Shown: piece after piece, positions 23,453 to 36,789 of the stretch
How positions within the stretch are numbered: the first letter of the stretch is position 1
Layout of the letters: every line of letters begins with the position of its first letter
DNA from: Carcharhinus longimanus
Lineage: Eukaryota
Direction: 5' to 3'
Assembly: GCA_030264375.1 (NCBI GenBank)
Contig: JASCQW010000098.1
Coordinates: 55,354,292 to 55,418,291, forward strand
Length of the DNA stretch: 64,000 nt
Program-made: the position numbers and the translations under genes
The notes under the pieces: generated by a model
The model's input: the letters and a program-made list of their open reading frames with translations, nothing else
Told to the model about the DNA's origin: nothing
The model's database searches: none

Positions 23453-26005
23453 CTTGCCAAATGCATTATTATCTATGATATGAAGGCTTTTATTCGATGT
23501 TGGCATGGTTGATCTGAGGGGACATGGGTTGGATGGGGGTGTGCATGAGGAAGATGATGTGTAAGATTTTTGCAGCCTTTAGAAACATTGAGAACTATGT
23601 TGGAAAACAGTTGGGCTTTCTAACTAGTCTGCCTCTGTATCCACAATCCTCACACATTCCACTGTGACTCACAAACGGCACTGTAAATCTGACCCCAGTG
23701 AGTAAAGACAAAATGGCCTGTGAAGTCGCACATGGGGGGGCAGTAAGCCACAAAAGCGCAAAGGTTGGGTTATTCCAAGCCCGGAGGAAGGTTCTGCCCC
23801 TATTTTCTGCAATGCAATACTGGACTGAAATAGCTGACTAGGATAACTCAATTTTTGTTTGAGGTTGTTTGAAAATATACATGAAATGAATATACATAAA
23901 AATAACTTATGACCCATGGAGACATGAGAACTGGATTATATGGTCTATGCAAAAAAAAAGAAAGTACAAGCTGATTGGGACACTGTTTAAAATAAGTTGC
24001 CTTTTTATTTTGGGATAACAAACTTTAAAATTTGGTTTTCTTTTCCTTCTCACTGATTTTGTATTACCTCTCAATGAATATATATCCTAACCTCGTGGAG
24101 TTTCGAGCTCCACATGGCAATTTTGTGAACTTCTCTAATTGGTTTGGCAGGACAAGACATCAGAATAGCCACACACATTAATTCAGGTTACCATACTTCT
24201 GGTCAACTGAAGCAATGAAAAAGCTTTCAATGTCCATCTCCCAGTGCAGACAGTTATTGAAACAATAGGTTGCATTACACCTGTGCTTAAAGAGAACAGC
24301 TCAAGTCTTGCCACTGAGGTATTAATGCTTAACTACTTTTAAACCAGACCTTGGTTTAATTTAGATTCTGGAAGACTGATCTCAGCAGTACTAAATCCAT
24401 CTCCCTGTCCTAGTGACAGATTCATGGGACCAAAGAAAACTGAATTAATTGTGCAAGTGCCAGAGACAAGCACCTTCTCAATGGCAATTAGCAGAAAACG
24501 TTGATGTTGCTAGAGTTGCCCATATTCTGTGAATGAGTTTTATAAACTGAAAGAAAAAGCAAGAAAGATTAATTTTGACCATTTTGGGATCTCTGAACAA
24601 CCAGAAAGGATGAGACTCTACACTGCTAATTGTTCACTTTTCTGGGCAACAGGGATTGATTGACAGTCATTAACAATAATCACATCAGTAAAAGGGTACT
24701 TATGCTGTTAATTATCTGACTTTCTGCATTAGGTTTAGTGGGCAAATGTTGTAACTTCATGAAAACTACTGGAGGTACAGTGCAAGTTGCTGCTTTTGAC
24801 AAACTCACATTGGAGTAATACAAATCGGCCAGCAGCTTCTGGTGATTCATAAATCATAAGTATCCCTTCCACGCCATACGTTGCTGGCTGGTTGCACATT
24901 GTGATGATTTGCATTGTTCACGTGTCATACGTTTTATCAGAAAATTCTGGGCATACATGCAAGAGATATTGTAAAAACTATAAAACTTAAATGTTTGGAA
25001 TCTGATGTATTTGTAGGAACACAAACTGTTTACTGTGCAAATCTTGCACAGCAGTAAAATCCCCATTTGTGGGGAAGGATAGGAGGATAACATATTTTAT
25101 TGTCCGAGTGCTGACATATGATACCAGGGTACCTTAAAGTCAGACAAGAAAAAGCATCCAAATTAAACTTTTCTAACAAAACATAAAGGGGAAATAAAAA
25201 TGGATCTAATCCATTAGTTTAGTGCTCATTATGAGAGGTAATTATTATGAAGCAAAACTTCTAAATTTAAGATTTTAAAACATCTTTGCATTTCATTCAT
25301 AAGATGAACTTAAACACATTCCATGTGCAAGTTACAGGACAGAATGTGATGGAGGCAGTGGGGTAGGGATGACTGATGGCTTGCCGTTCCCACCCTCCCC
25401 ATCACACCACCCTGGGTGCAAAGTGTGGAGCTGACACATTCCACAGCGGCCCTCCCTGAAGCTGCAATATAATCTGGCAGGCTGCACAAGGCCCATGTAG
25501 GACTTCTGCCCTTCAGATTGTGGATGCGGTCCTGCCTTTGAGAGCTGCTGGCTGATTGGATTGCCCAGTAGCTACATCAGTTCTGACAGTGCTAAAAGCA
25601 CATTAATGGGTATTGCTGGGACTGCAGCAAGGAGGGTGTAGTAGGCCCAATGGATCCCTGACAACAAGTAAGTCTGGGGTCTTGGGCCAACTGGATTTGG
25701 GCAGGTTAGAGAGAGGTGCAAGGGTGGGTTCAAGGTAGCAGGTGGGTAGGAAGAAAGAGAAGGGAAGGGAAGGGGGCCATAAAATGCAGCCCCAGAAATT
25801 AGACCTGCTGCCTTGTGTCCTACCTTTTAAGCAATTTTTTAAAAATTATGCTCTCGTTCCCTGACTGCCCATGTCAACCATTTTATGCTGTGGGCAGCAT
25901 AATATTAGGGTCGATTGGTTTGTGAGCAAACCTAAATAACTTTTGCTTATATATTTAAATATATTGACCGGCCCCATATTATTGGGGTGATGTCAGGGAT
26001 GGGGA

Positions 26006-27183
26006 TGCCTCCTGGATTGCCTGGATCCACTACAGTTTGCTTACTGCCACAACAAGTCCACAGCAGACGCCATCTCTCTGGCCCTGCACTCAACCCTGGA
26101 ACACCTAGACAACAAGGACACCAATGTGAGACTCCTATTTATTGACTGTAGCTCAACCTTCAACACCATTATTCCCACAAAACTCACCTCCAAACTCCGT
26201 GGCCTGGGCCTCGGCTCCTCCCTCTGTGACTGGATCCTGAACCTCTGAACCCACAGACCACAATCAGTAAGGAAAGGCAACAACACGTCCTCCATGATCA
26301 TCCTCAACACCGGTGCCCCATAAGGCTGAGTTCTCAGGCCCCTACTATAATCCTGACACACCTATGACTGTGTGACCAAATTCCCCTCCAATTAGATTTT
26401 CAAGTTTGCTGATGACACCACCGTAATNNNNNNNNNNNNNNNNNNNNNNNNNNNNNNNNNNNNNNNNNNNNNNNNNNNNNNNNNNNNNNNNNNNNNNNNN
26501 NNNNNNNNNNNNNNNNNNNNNNNNNNNNNNNNNNNNNNNNNNNNNNNNNNNNNNNNNNNNNNNNNNNNNNNNNNNNNNNNNNNNNNNNNNNNNNNNNNNN
26601 NNNNNNNNNNNNNNNNNNNNNNNNNNNNNNNNNNNNNNNNNNNNNNNNNNNNNNNNNNNNNNNNNNNNNNNNNNNNNNNNNNNNNNNNNNNNNNNNNNNN
26701 NNNNNNNNNNNNNNNNNNNNNNNNNNNNNNNNNNNNNNNNNNNNNNTTGTATCACAGCTTAGTATGGCTCCTGCTCTGCCCAAGACCGCAAGGAACTACA
26801 AAAGGTCATGAATGTAGCCCAATCCATCACGCAATCCAGTCTTCCATCCATTGACTTTGGCTACACTTCCCGCTACCTTGGCAAAGCAGCGAGCATAATT
26901 AAGGACCCTATGCACTCCGGATGTTCTCTCTCCCACCTTCTTCTGTAGGGAAAAAGATACAAAAGTCTGAAGCCATGTACCCAACGACTCAAAAACAGCT
27001 TCTTCCTGTTGTAATCAGACTTTTGAATGAACCTACCTCGCACTAAGTTGATCTTTCTGTACACCCTAGCTATTGACTATAACACTACATTCGGCACTCT
27101 CTCGTTTCATTCTCTATGAACAGTATGCCTTATCTGTATGGCATCCACGAAACAATACTTTTCACTGCAAATCAAATCAAATG
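26006..27183 (+). mobile_element. 5'-truncated Rex1/Babar-like LINE with RT fragment (gap inside)
   Basis: [51 protein letters not shown]...TGAP*G*VL...KFADDTTV, in-frame stops, aaatcaaatcaa tail. Confidence 0.9.
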
Positions 27184-27642
27184 AGGTGGTGGGATATCCA
27201 CTCTATTTTACACACCTAGTGGGGCACATAAAACATAGCCCTCAGTTCAAGGAAAGGTTCACTATATCAGCAGTGAACTAATTAATGGTTACAGATCACT
27301 GCACTAAGTCAAAGTGTTGCTGACTTGACAGCCTGTGACTATTTTATTTTGCAACAATGTTGCAAACACTCTGGTGAGAAAGTTATTACATTTTCATTGT
27401 CTTAACTGCAGGGTGGAATTTGCATCAGTTGGACCAGTAATTTGCCAACTGTATTTTTGTTTCATTCTATGAAGATTTCAGACACTTTGGTTTCTTCTAA
27501 TTATTTTTATCTATCTCCTCTCCACCCAGAGGACAAATGGCAAGTCTGTTCCTTTGAATTTACAATAAAAACAAACTTATAATTATATAAGTTGCAGTTG
27601 TCATGTTGTTCTTAATAAACTCTTACGACCAGAGGGGCGAAT

Positions 27643-27775
27643 AATAGAATATCTACTGTGCAGAATGAGGCCATTTGGCCCATCGAGCCTGCACCAACAA
27701 TAATTGCATCCAAGCCCTATGCCCGTTACCCCACGTATCTTCCCTGCTAGTCCCCCTGACATTAAGGGGCAACCT
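27643..27775 (-). mobile_element. HE1-like SINE 3' part, tail B
   Basis: gtgcagaatgaggccatttggcccatcgagcctgcacc...taaggggcaa. Confidence 0.75.
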
Positions 27776-28339
27776 CATCCATACATCAGCCGCTTCTGTT
27801 TTAGAGGTGTTAATTGAGTGATAAACATTGGTTGGAGTACCAGGAAAACTCAAGAGCTACTCCACAAATAATAAAGAAACAATTGACCCGATTCTCCAAA
27901 CAAATTTAGAGATCCAGCAAAATGTTTGGATCATGAGTTTTTTTACTGCTCATTTAATGCTAAGTGTATGTACTTAAGACAGAGTGGTCAGGAATGTTCA
28001 CTTCTGTGTTTGACAGCCCAAGTTCCTTCACATATTAAAATTAATTAGCAGAAACAATACATGATAGGAAGTGCAGAAGTGGGAGACCTTGGTCAGTATT
28101 TGCAACATCCACATTTTCTCATTTTGGAATAATTGAGCATTGCGTTCTGCTATATTTGCATCCACAGACCACATTGCATCGAAACCACTTTGAAATTGCT
28201 TTGACTATTGTTAATTCACACCAATAATGCTGTATAAATATGTAATGAATGGTTCGTTAGATAACTTTGGTAGGGTTGCTTGAACGAGGAATGATGACAA
28301 ACAGAATTTGTGTTTTAGTTGATTATTGTCACAAACGCG

Positions 28340-28510
28340 ACAGAATAAGACAAATGGGATCTTACTTTGACATCTCGAGCATGCCATTTTTAAGATTGCA
28401 GTGCTCCTTCAGTACTGCACTGAAGCATCAGCCTAGTTTATGAGCCCAAACTCTGCTATGTGTCTTCAATGCATAATGTGCCAGCAGAGGTAAGGGTCTT
28501 GCCAACTGAG
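28340..28510 (-). mobile_element. Old DeuSINE-like fragment
   Basis: tgcagtgctccttcagtactgcactgaagcatcagcctagtttatg resembles the Deu-domain region as I recall it; not database-verified. Confidence 0.5.
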
Positions 28511-29293
28511 ATAAACCGATACACATAATCACTTTTCATGCAAAGTGCTGCTTAACTGATTGCTTTGGAAATGGCTCACTCTGATGTTTGTCACTTAAAA
28601 ATGAATACATTTAAGACAATTTGCCCTAAAAATGACATCCAACTTGTTCCTATTACAGCTTCTTACTGTTTCAATCCATATGCCCTGTAATCATCATCTG
28701 TCAAAGAAAAGCCAGAGGTGGGCACACAAGTGAGCTTATAAGAGAAAAGTACAGAGGCCAGTGCTTCTTAAAACTTTCTTGACATAGCCCCATTTTCATG
28801 CTTGATAATCACGTAGACAGTTGTTGATTAAGGAGATGAAAAAATGCAGGGATTGCACACATAAAAAAAGTGAAGATCCAACTTGTCACAGGCTGTGGTA
28901 GCAGCAGCAATCAGCCCTCAGGTAATGTGACATTAAGCCATGCACACTAACATAATAAAAGACAAAAGGGTCCCGCTGCTGTCAAAACTCGGTGTGATAT
29001 CCACGGCCATCATGGTTATCTTAGAGTTTGCAACCCTAAAATCGCACCCCAGGACTCTACTAGGGGTTGTGACTCACAGTTTGACAACCAGTGCTGTAGG
29101 ATATACGTCAAGTGAAAATTATCTGACATTGTGTTTGAGTTATAACGAACCTGGCATGCGCTATTGCATATGACAAATGGCAGGTCGACAACATTTTGTG
29201 ATTTCCACTGTTCTATCTTTTACTAGAATGGTTACAATAGGTATTACATTTCATTACATACAATTTTGTCAATCCACTTATTCATCTACTTTC

Positions 29294-29462
29294 CACAGTA
29301 AGTCTCACAATACCAGGTTAAAGTCTAACAGGTTTATTTAGTAGCAAAAGCTACCAAAAGGCAAAAGCTTTTGCTATCAAATAAACCTACTGGACATTAA
29401 CCTAGTGTTGTGAGACTTCTTACTGTGTTTACCCAAATCCAATGACAGCATCTCCACATCAT
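29294..29462. mobile_element. Penelope-like inverted-end unit, family 2, centre deleted
   Basis: Inverted arms 29294-29352 and about 29366-29427 plus a 35-nt extension; flanked by catctactttc/catctacattc. Confidence 0.75.
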
Positions 29463-30999
29463 CTACATTCTAACAGTGGTGGGCTGAGTTGGTAATTTGC
29501 AAGAGAACATTACCTCTTGCATATCTCGATCACATATGGTCCCCATCAACCACTGCCACTGAGGCTCCCCTAGGAGGTTGGTGCCCTCTGGAACTATCAG
29601 CCTGGCACACTGGCAGTGCCCGCCAGGATCATTGGGTGAAATGCTGATTGTCTGGTCCATGCAGTCAGAGTGGGTGATCAGCTGGTCCATGCAGGGGTGG
29701 TCCAGTAGGTGATTAGTGTGGGGGGTGGAGTTGGCCATGGATGACAACAAAAGCTAAAGGGAGAAGTCTTCAGCAAAGCTCGTACAGTGGAAAAAAGTTC
29801 TTGAGTTAAAAGTTCTCAGGCTGGAAATGGAAAGCTTGGAAATAAACCCTTGGGAGCTAAGAAAAGATAGTGTAATGTGTCCTTGTTAATATGTTTTTTC
29901 TGGTTGTATTAAAAGTTATATCCTGTAATTTAAAGTATATGTTTTGTCATAAGTGCTTTTTGTGTTTTAACAGTAAATGTGTTAAAAGATGAAATTTTGG
30001 TGTGGCATCCATTCAGCTATTAGCTGGAAGTTCGATTTTCTTTGTAAAATGTATTACTGTCTATGGGGATGGTAACAGGAGGGACCCATTTCATAAATTT
30101 ATTTACATTTTACCCAATTAGTTGCTTCCCTCAGGAGAGTAGGTAATCTATAATGGGACAAATTATACATGCGCTCTATATAAAGAGAACAGACTTGATT
30201 GCCAAAGGATCTTGTTACTATTCCAAACTTGTATCCTTAAAAGTTTTGAGACTGAATAATTTATCTGCTCTCTTGTAATTGAAGTTTTCTTCAACTTGCA
30301 CTTTTTGCTTGACAGTTGAATGAAATGTTCTCTTCAGTTTTTATAAACAGTGTTGAGTAGATTCTGACATCATTCCGACGCAATTTATGAAAAGTGATAG
30401 TGTTCTGCAGAATCCATGCTCTCTGCGTGAATTTATGTTTGGGACTTTTCCTTGTTCTCAAAAATCTAAGTGCTTCTGGTCGCCGCAACCACCTCTCACC
30501 ATGAAGTCCACTCTGTTTTTAATTACAAGCACCATTGAGATGATCCCTCTGTCTGAGATATGTGTCATGGAATAATTCTAACAGTTTAGTATGATAATTA
30601 GATATGGCTTGCATCATCCCAGGAAGTGATGCAATATTGAATGATATTCTCTCTCTTGCAAACTTGTGGAAGGTCTCACCAAGGTAGTGAAGTGTGTTCA
30701 TATTTTATAGACCACTGCACACTCATTATATGTTCTGTATTAGTTGAACAATATCACAAATGTTACATGTTGACAGTGCATGAAAAATAGTAATGAAGAA
30801 TTCTTAGACAGTGCTGGCTGGCTTCAAGAAGGTTGCAGGCCTCAACCAAACAGAATCATAGCTGAATTGGTATTGAAGATTTTCCAGGTATTGAACTGTG
30901 TGTATTAGGCCTCACTGCAAAGTGAGCAGGTCAGTACACCATTATATGCATTGAGATCACTGTGCAGATGATATCCTCATTAGGCAGGGAATTGATGAG

Positions 31000-31310
31000 G
31001 ACACATCTTGGATTTGGTGCTATGTAATGAGGAGGGTAGAATTAGGGACCTTGTGGTGAAGGATCCTCTTGGGGAGAGTGATCATTGTATGGTGGAGTTT
31101 CTGGTGCAAATGGAGGAGGAGAAAGTGGNNNNNNNNNNNNNNNNNNNNNNNNNNNNNNNNNNNNNNNNNNNNNNNNNNNNNNNNNNNNNNNNNNNNNNNN
31201 NNNNNNNNNNNNNNNNNNNNNNNNNNNNATTGAATGGCGGGGCAGGCTCGAAGGGCTAGATGGCCTACTCCTGCTCTTATTTCTTATGTTCTTATGTTCT
31301 TATGTTCTTA
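31000..31310 (+). mobile_element. CR1/HER1-like LINE, interior hidden in a 100-N gap
   Basis: LDLVLCNEEGRIRDLVVKDPLGESDHCMVEF (end of the APE endonuclease, SDH motif) before the gap; CR1 3' tail (ttcttatg)n after it. Confidence 0.85.
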
Positions 31311-31315
31311 AAGCT

Positions 31316-31553
31316 ATGTACCATAACGTAACCAAAGCACTTGATACAAAATTCAATCTGAGAAAGAATGCTATTGTTGATCAGGCTAAATTTATCAAAA
31401 GTAATGTCAAGGGAAAAGTGTTAATACATTGATAAATCATCTGTATAGACTTGCAAAATACCGTGAGTATGGCAACTTGACAGATGAACTGAGCAGAGAA
31501 CAAATCACTATGGGAGTGCTGAATGGAGTCTGGCGGTGCCACTTACAGTCAAG
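31316..31553 (+). pseudogene. Ty3/Gypsy gag fragment
   Basis: YHNVTKALDTKFNLRKNAIVDQAKF, frameshift, SVNTLINHLYRLAKYREYGNLTDELSREQITMGV; resembles the Gypsy capsid motif ESVxxFIxxLYxLAxxCEYGxLxxELIRDxIVxG. Confidence 0.75.
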
Positions 31554-31567
31554 AAATTAAAGAATCC

Positions 31568-31820
31568 TGTTTCAGACACCAAGTAAGAGGCTTCATAGTC
31601 TTGAGTAAATTAACAGAAAGTCTTTATTAATAACTCACACTTATGTATATATTTACAGTGGAGGGTATAGGTATGGAGCTAACTCCATCCTAGGTCTTAA
31701 CACATGGTGTCCATCTCCAGATTATTCTTGGTTCTGAGTCATGTGTCTTCTTCCATCACTGTGGCAGTTGCTGTCATCAGTCCCACATTAACCTTTTGTA
31801 TACCAGACCTCACTACCACA
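31568..31820 (-). mobile_element. 3' LTR of the minus-strand Gypsy element
   Basis: Minus strand begins TGTGGTAGTG after purine-rich ggtggaga, has AATAAA (tttatt 31623-28) and ends ...AAACA; lies downstream of the integrase. Confidence 0.6.
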
Positions 31821-32249
31821 TCTCCACCAAGTCTTCATTCCATGGATGTTGAGTTACTTTAGTTTACTTCCAAGTCTTATAATGTTATAAATCTGATGCA
31901 TTAACCTATATTATTACAGCCTTAATGATATTCTAATATTATTGCTATTACAGTGATACTTCAAACCCTTGAAGTTAGTGGTTGAGGAAGACTGGAGGCT
32001 TTATAAACCTTCCATATCTCATTCACTATTCTGTTGGGAGAATAGTTTCTCTGGTATTGATTAATCTTGTTGCTGGCTAGCACATTGGAATTGTGTTTGA
32101 GTACCTTTGTCAAAAGTCCTTCACCATACATTTGAGGTAGCCTGTTCAAAAGAGGACAGAAACAACTATTGTATCAGACTGTGCCCCTTGGCATACCAAT
32201 CTTGTAGGAGCAGAGTTGATCCTTGTTCTGGGACAGGACTGTCACCTAT

Positions 32250-33790
32250 CTCTTGAACTGCAGGATCCTAACCTTGTCATCTTGCTGCAGCAAGTGTCTG
32301 GTGCCTTTTGTAGGTGGAAGCTTGCTTCCGTCTGCAGGAATGCTCTTTTGCTCAGGCAGCCTGGTAGGCTTTTGCTACCAACCTTGGCAGGAGTTTCTTT
32401 GGTAGGATAAGAAAATTCTGTCCATCAGCAGCTCAGATGTGTACATGCCACACTGAATGGTGTGAACCTGTGAGTGAGCAGTACAGTGAGGAAATTCTTA
32501 TTTTACTTCAGGAGGGCCTTCAGCTCACTGTTAGAGTGTGGATATCTTGGTGAGCTGGTCCAGCGGAGGAATAAGCCATGGCCTCAAAGTGTGCAACGCA
32601 TGTGTGAGAGAACTGTGGCTGATGATTGTTTCCGTGGTTGTATGAAGTTGTTTTACCTCCACCCATCAGGGAAAGTCATCTCCAATGATTCAAAAAGATT
32701 TCCTATTGCAGACAAAAAGATCAATGGCCAGCCTTCCCATGCCCAGTTGGTGAACTTCATGGGAATAACTGGCTCTCTTTGGTCTTGACAGTGCAACGTG
32801 CAAACCTGGCAATTTGTGATCTTTTATTGTTTTAGTGATGTCTGCCCACCAGATGGCAGATTGGTTCCGTGCCCTACATTTAGTAAATCCCAGGTGACCC
32901 TCTGTTCACCTGGGCATCCGCCCAGAGAAAGGCCAGAATGACTAACTGTTTGTCATAGAGCTGGAGGTTATCTGTGCCTGCGAAATGACTTTGCTGTTCC
33001 AACTATGTTTTGGCAGAACTACCATTTGGTCTCTGTGAGGCCATCCCTTTTGGTAGTAGGTACAGATGTAGGCATACTATTCATTGTGGGCTGCTCTCGG
33101 TAGAGTTGTTGGAGCAAGGTTGTGTTTGTAGGTAGGAGTGCGGTAATTTTCTAAGTGTCGGCTTCCAGCGCGGGGACAAAATATGATATTGTGTTTGTAG
33201 TCATGGAATATGCAACTGCCATCTTCTGATTCTATCCCTAGGCAAAGACGGTCCCATATCAGAGTTATAAGAGACACAGGTGAAACCGTTGCGAGCTGCT
33301 TTTTCTTTTAACAAGACCAATGATTTTAGATTCATCTCAGTTGTGACTTTAAGGCCAATGGTGTGGTGACAGAACTCCTCATAGGCCTCAGTACTGCCAG
33401 AACTTCCTTTTCCACAACATCATACCTGGTTTCTGTGCCTAATAATCTTCTGAAAAGGTAGTGGACAGTCTTGTGCTGCCCTGAAGGCAAACTACCCAAA
33501 CCTGTGAACAAAGCATCAGCAGCCATAAGGCCCAGGCCATAGTGGACTACAATGTTGGTGGAGAGCAACATGTGAGTGACTACCTAATTCTACTGGAAGT
33601 CCCAATACCTAGCTTGGTCTTTCTCGAGTCACTGTCTCAATCTTTCTATGACCTGTGCCAAGCGAGGTATAAATTTTGCCAGCTGATTGACCATTCCTAG
33701 ATGAACAGATGGGGGATTCCCCTTGGTTTTGTGTGGGTCTGCTATGATAGCTTTGGTGCTGGTGATGTGGCCCAGGAAGTGCATAGAAGT
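32250..33790 (-). pseudogene. Ty3/Gypsy pol remnant (RT end, RNase H, integrase)
   Basis: HFLGHIT...ADPHKTK; HLGMVNQLAKFIPRLAQ; AADALFTGLG...TETRYDVVEKEVLAV; GHLGFTKCRAR...IWW; TSSPRYPHSN; TSELLMDR. RT-RH-IN order; many stops and frameshifts. Confidence 0.88.
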
Positions 33791-35729
33791 TTATACCTCA
33801 CTTTGTTTATCTGCTTGAGCAGTGCAGTGGGGCCGGGAGACACCAGCAGGAGGCATTTTGTAAGGTTCGTAAATGGCATCTAGCCGGTTGCAACCCTCCT
33901 AAGTGTTTTTTCAGCATAATTAGCACCACATTGGAAATCATTGTGGAACTAATTATCATTATGGAAATGTCATTGAAATTCACATTTCCATATGAGTAGT
34001 GGGCCCGGGATGGTAATCACTGGGCCCACTAGTATCTTTTCCCCCCACTGGGAATGGTTACCACAAGGGGGTTTATAACTGTTCCCCAAAGCAGGAACTA
34101 GGCCTCATTACCCCACTGGTGGAGACAAATGCTACTGAGGTACCCCTGGAGGTTGGGAGCAAAGGAGGAATGCTCCTTGTGCAGTGCCAGCCTGCTAGTG
34201 CCACCTGGCATGCTGTCACTTCCCGAGGGGAAAACTGGCAGTTTTCCTCTGGGCAGTGGGCAGTGGCAAGGGGTCAGAGCCAGAGGGGGCATGGTATACT
34301 GGGANNNNNNNNNNNNNNNNNNNNNNNNNNNNNNNNNNNNNNNNNNNNNNNNNNNNNNNNNNNNNNNNNNNNNNNNNNNNNNNNNNNNNNNNNNNNNNNN
34401 NNNNNNNNNNNNNNNNNNNNNNNNNNNNNNNNNNNNNNNNNNNNNNNNNNNNNNNNNNNNNNNNNNNNNNNNNNNNNNNNNNNNNNNNNNNNNNNNNNNN
34501 NNNNNNNNNNNNNNNNNNNNNNNNNNNNNNNNNNNNNNNNNNNNNNNNNNNNNNNNNNNNNNNNNNNNNNNNNNNNNNNNNNNNNNNNNNNNNNNNNNNN
34601 NNNNNNNNNNNNNNNNNNNNNNNNNNNNNNNNNNNNNNNNNNNNNNNNNNNNNNNNNNNNNNNNNNNNNNNNNNNNNNNNNNNNNNNNNNNNNNNNNNNN
34701 NNNNNNNNNNNNNNNNNNNNNNNNNNNNNNNNNNNNNNNNNNNNNNNNNNNNNNNNNNNNNNNNNNNNNNNNNNNNNNNNNNNNNNNNNNNNNNNNNNNN
34801 NNNNNNNNNNNNNNNNNNNNNNNNNNNNNNNNNNAATCCTGTTTTCCCGCTCGTTGGGCACTTCGTTTCAGAGAACCCCAGGCACTGTTCTTCAACATGA
34901 TATTCTACTCCAAATGCAGACATTATTACAGACATTATAACACAATATATCTGGTATCAACTGAATAAATTGTAAATGTATAATGAAAAATCGTACTTTA
35001 CAAGTTGCTTTTCCTGCCAGGCCATCTAAAAAAGAATACAAATAATTTGCTATTCCTGTAGTTACTGGTTAAGAAGTATTAGGTAAATTGCAAAAGGATT
35101 TCATACCCATTGCCATAGATACTGCTGAATTATATTTGTTTCCTCCCCTGCCAATCAGATCAATTATGTTTTCTTTCAAACTCAGCGTTTCCATGCAGAT
35201 TGTTTTAGAATTATTTAATATCTGTAGTATTAGACAAATAGAGGTAGCTAATTGGAGAATAGATGGTCATTCACAACTTTTAAACTGAGTTGAGTTTTTC
35301 TTCACTCAAGAATCAACAGTATATCTCATGGATATTGGGAACTTCGTTGGAAAAAAATATATAAATGTAGTAAGTTTCTGCCTATATGTATTTCATTCAG
35401 AGAGCCAGTGTAAACACGAAGGGTTGAATGGTTTTCTTCTGTGCTGTACTAATTTTATGATTCCCTTTCTCAATTGTATCTTGTTTCTTTTTGTCAATTT
35501 ACTGAACAGTGGCCTTATATTTGTTTCTAATCAGTGTATGTCAAATATTTTGTATCTGCTTCTATCAATACTGTTAAATGGCACTTTGACTTGGTATAAA
35601 AAGCTCAGGCAGCAATGAAATTAAATTGATTTTTCTGCAAATCCACAATAATAATGTATAATTGCATTTCTGATATAAAATCTAGTTCCTTTGAGAAATT
35701 GAATTGCATTCAATAAGATTATATAATAG

Positions 35730-36060
35730 AATCATGGAATGTTTCTATCCATTTTACCAGTCTGCCCATGTGCTCTTGAAGTCTATCACTATCCACCTCA
35801 CTGTCTATTATATTTTCAAGTTTCCCTGTCACCTGCAAACATTGAAATCATGTACATCCAGTAATTAACACATATCCAAAAAGCAGTGATACTGCTACCA
35901 AACACTCAAGAACCACATTGCATTCCACTCTGAAAAACAACTGTTCATCACTGTTTGCTTTTCTTGCTTTCTTGGCCAATTATGTACTCATTCTGCCATT
36001 ATCCCTTCAATCCCACGAGCTTTAATTTTGCTAACTAATTTAGTATATGGCACTGTCAAG
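35730..36060 (-). mobile_element. Old CR1-like fragment
   Basis: Diverged similarity to the 50560-50950 CR1 region (e.g. aatcccacgagctttaattttgctaact...tatggcact). Confidence 0.45.
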
Positions 36061-36517
36061 CTTAAATTTGATGAATATATTGCCTTGCATTTATTATGTC
36101 TTATTCCATTTCAGAATGCAGTTCAGTAAATGTAATATTTTGTTTAAATCACCAAAATAATCCACTTTTACTTTGACTGCCTCACAGGAGTTTCCTTATC
36201 TTACAAAATCTTGAAAATTAATTCACTACTTTAGGGACCAACCAAAAGATATGGCACAACCCTCTGGAATCCACTTTGATTTCTCCCCAGTTTCTTACCT
36301 GGCACTTGGATTTTTACAGGGTTCTTTCTCTCTGTAAGATTTCCACTGGCAATTGCTATCACATGTTGTACCCAGGCTGTCCTGACAATTTTAATTACTC
36401 ACGAATTTGGATTTCTCACCCTGATTATCGGTCCCTATTCACAAGTTCTGGTGAGTGAATCCAGATCAGGAACATACCTGGATCCTAAGGGCCTCTTTGC
36501 TCTGGCTGCCAGCAGAA

Positions 36518-36789
36518 ATGATGTGGAGATGCTGATGTTGAACTGGGGTAAACACAGTAAGAAGTCTCACAACACCAGGTTAAAGTCCAACAGGTTTATT
36601 TGGTAGCAAAAGTCATTAGCTTTCGGAGTGCTGCTTCTTCATCAGGTAAGTGGGAGTTCTGTTCATGCCCCATTTGTGAATAGAACTCCCACTTATCTGA
36701 TGAAGGTCCAGCGTTCTGAAAGCTAGTGGCTTTTGCCACCAAATAAACCTGTTGGACTTTAACCTGATGCTGTGAGACTTCTTACTGTG
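36518..36789. mobile_element. Penelope-like palindromic unit, family 2, with two hammerhead-like motifs
   Basis: Inverted arms 36553-36666 and 36676-36789, extension 36518-36552, duplication tgccagcaga at 36507-16 and 36788-97; CTGATGA...GAAA on each strand. Confidence 0.85.

Noticed and set aside
34098-34968. Long ORFs of 195-279 aa in all six frames (also 26345-26783, 45339-45734, 47831-48214)
   Set aside because: Artefacts of reading through N gaps.
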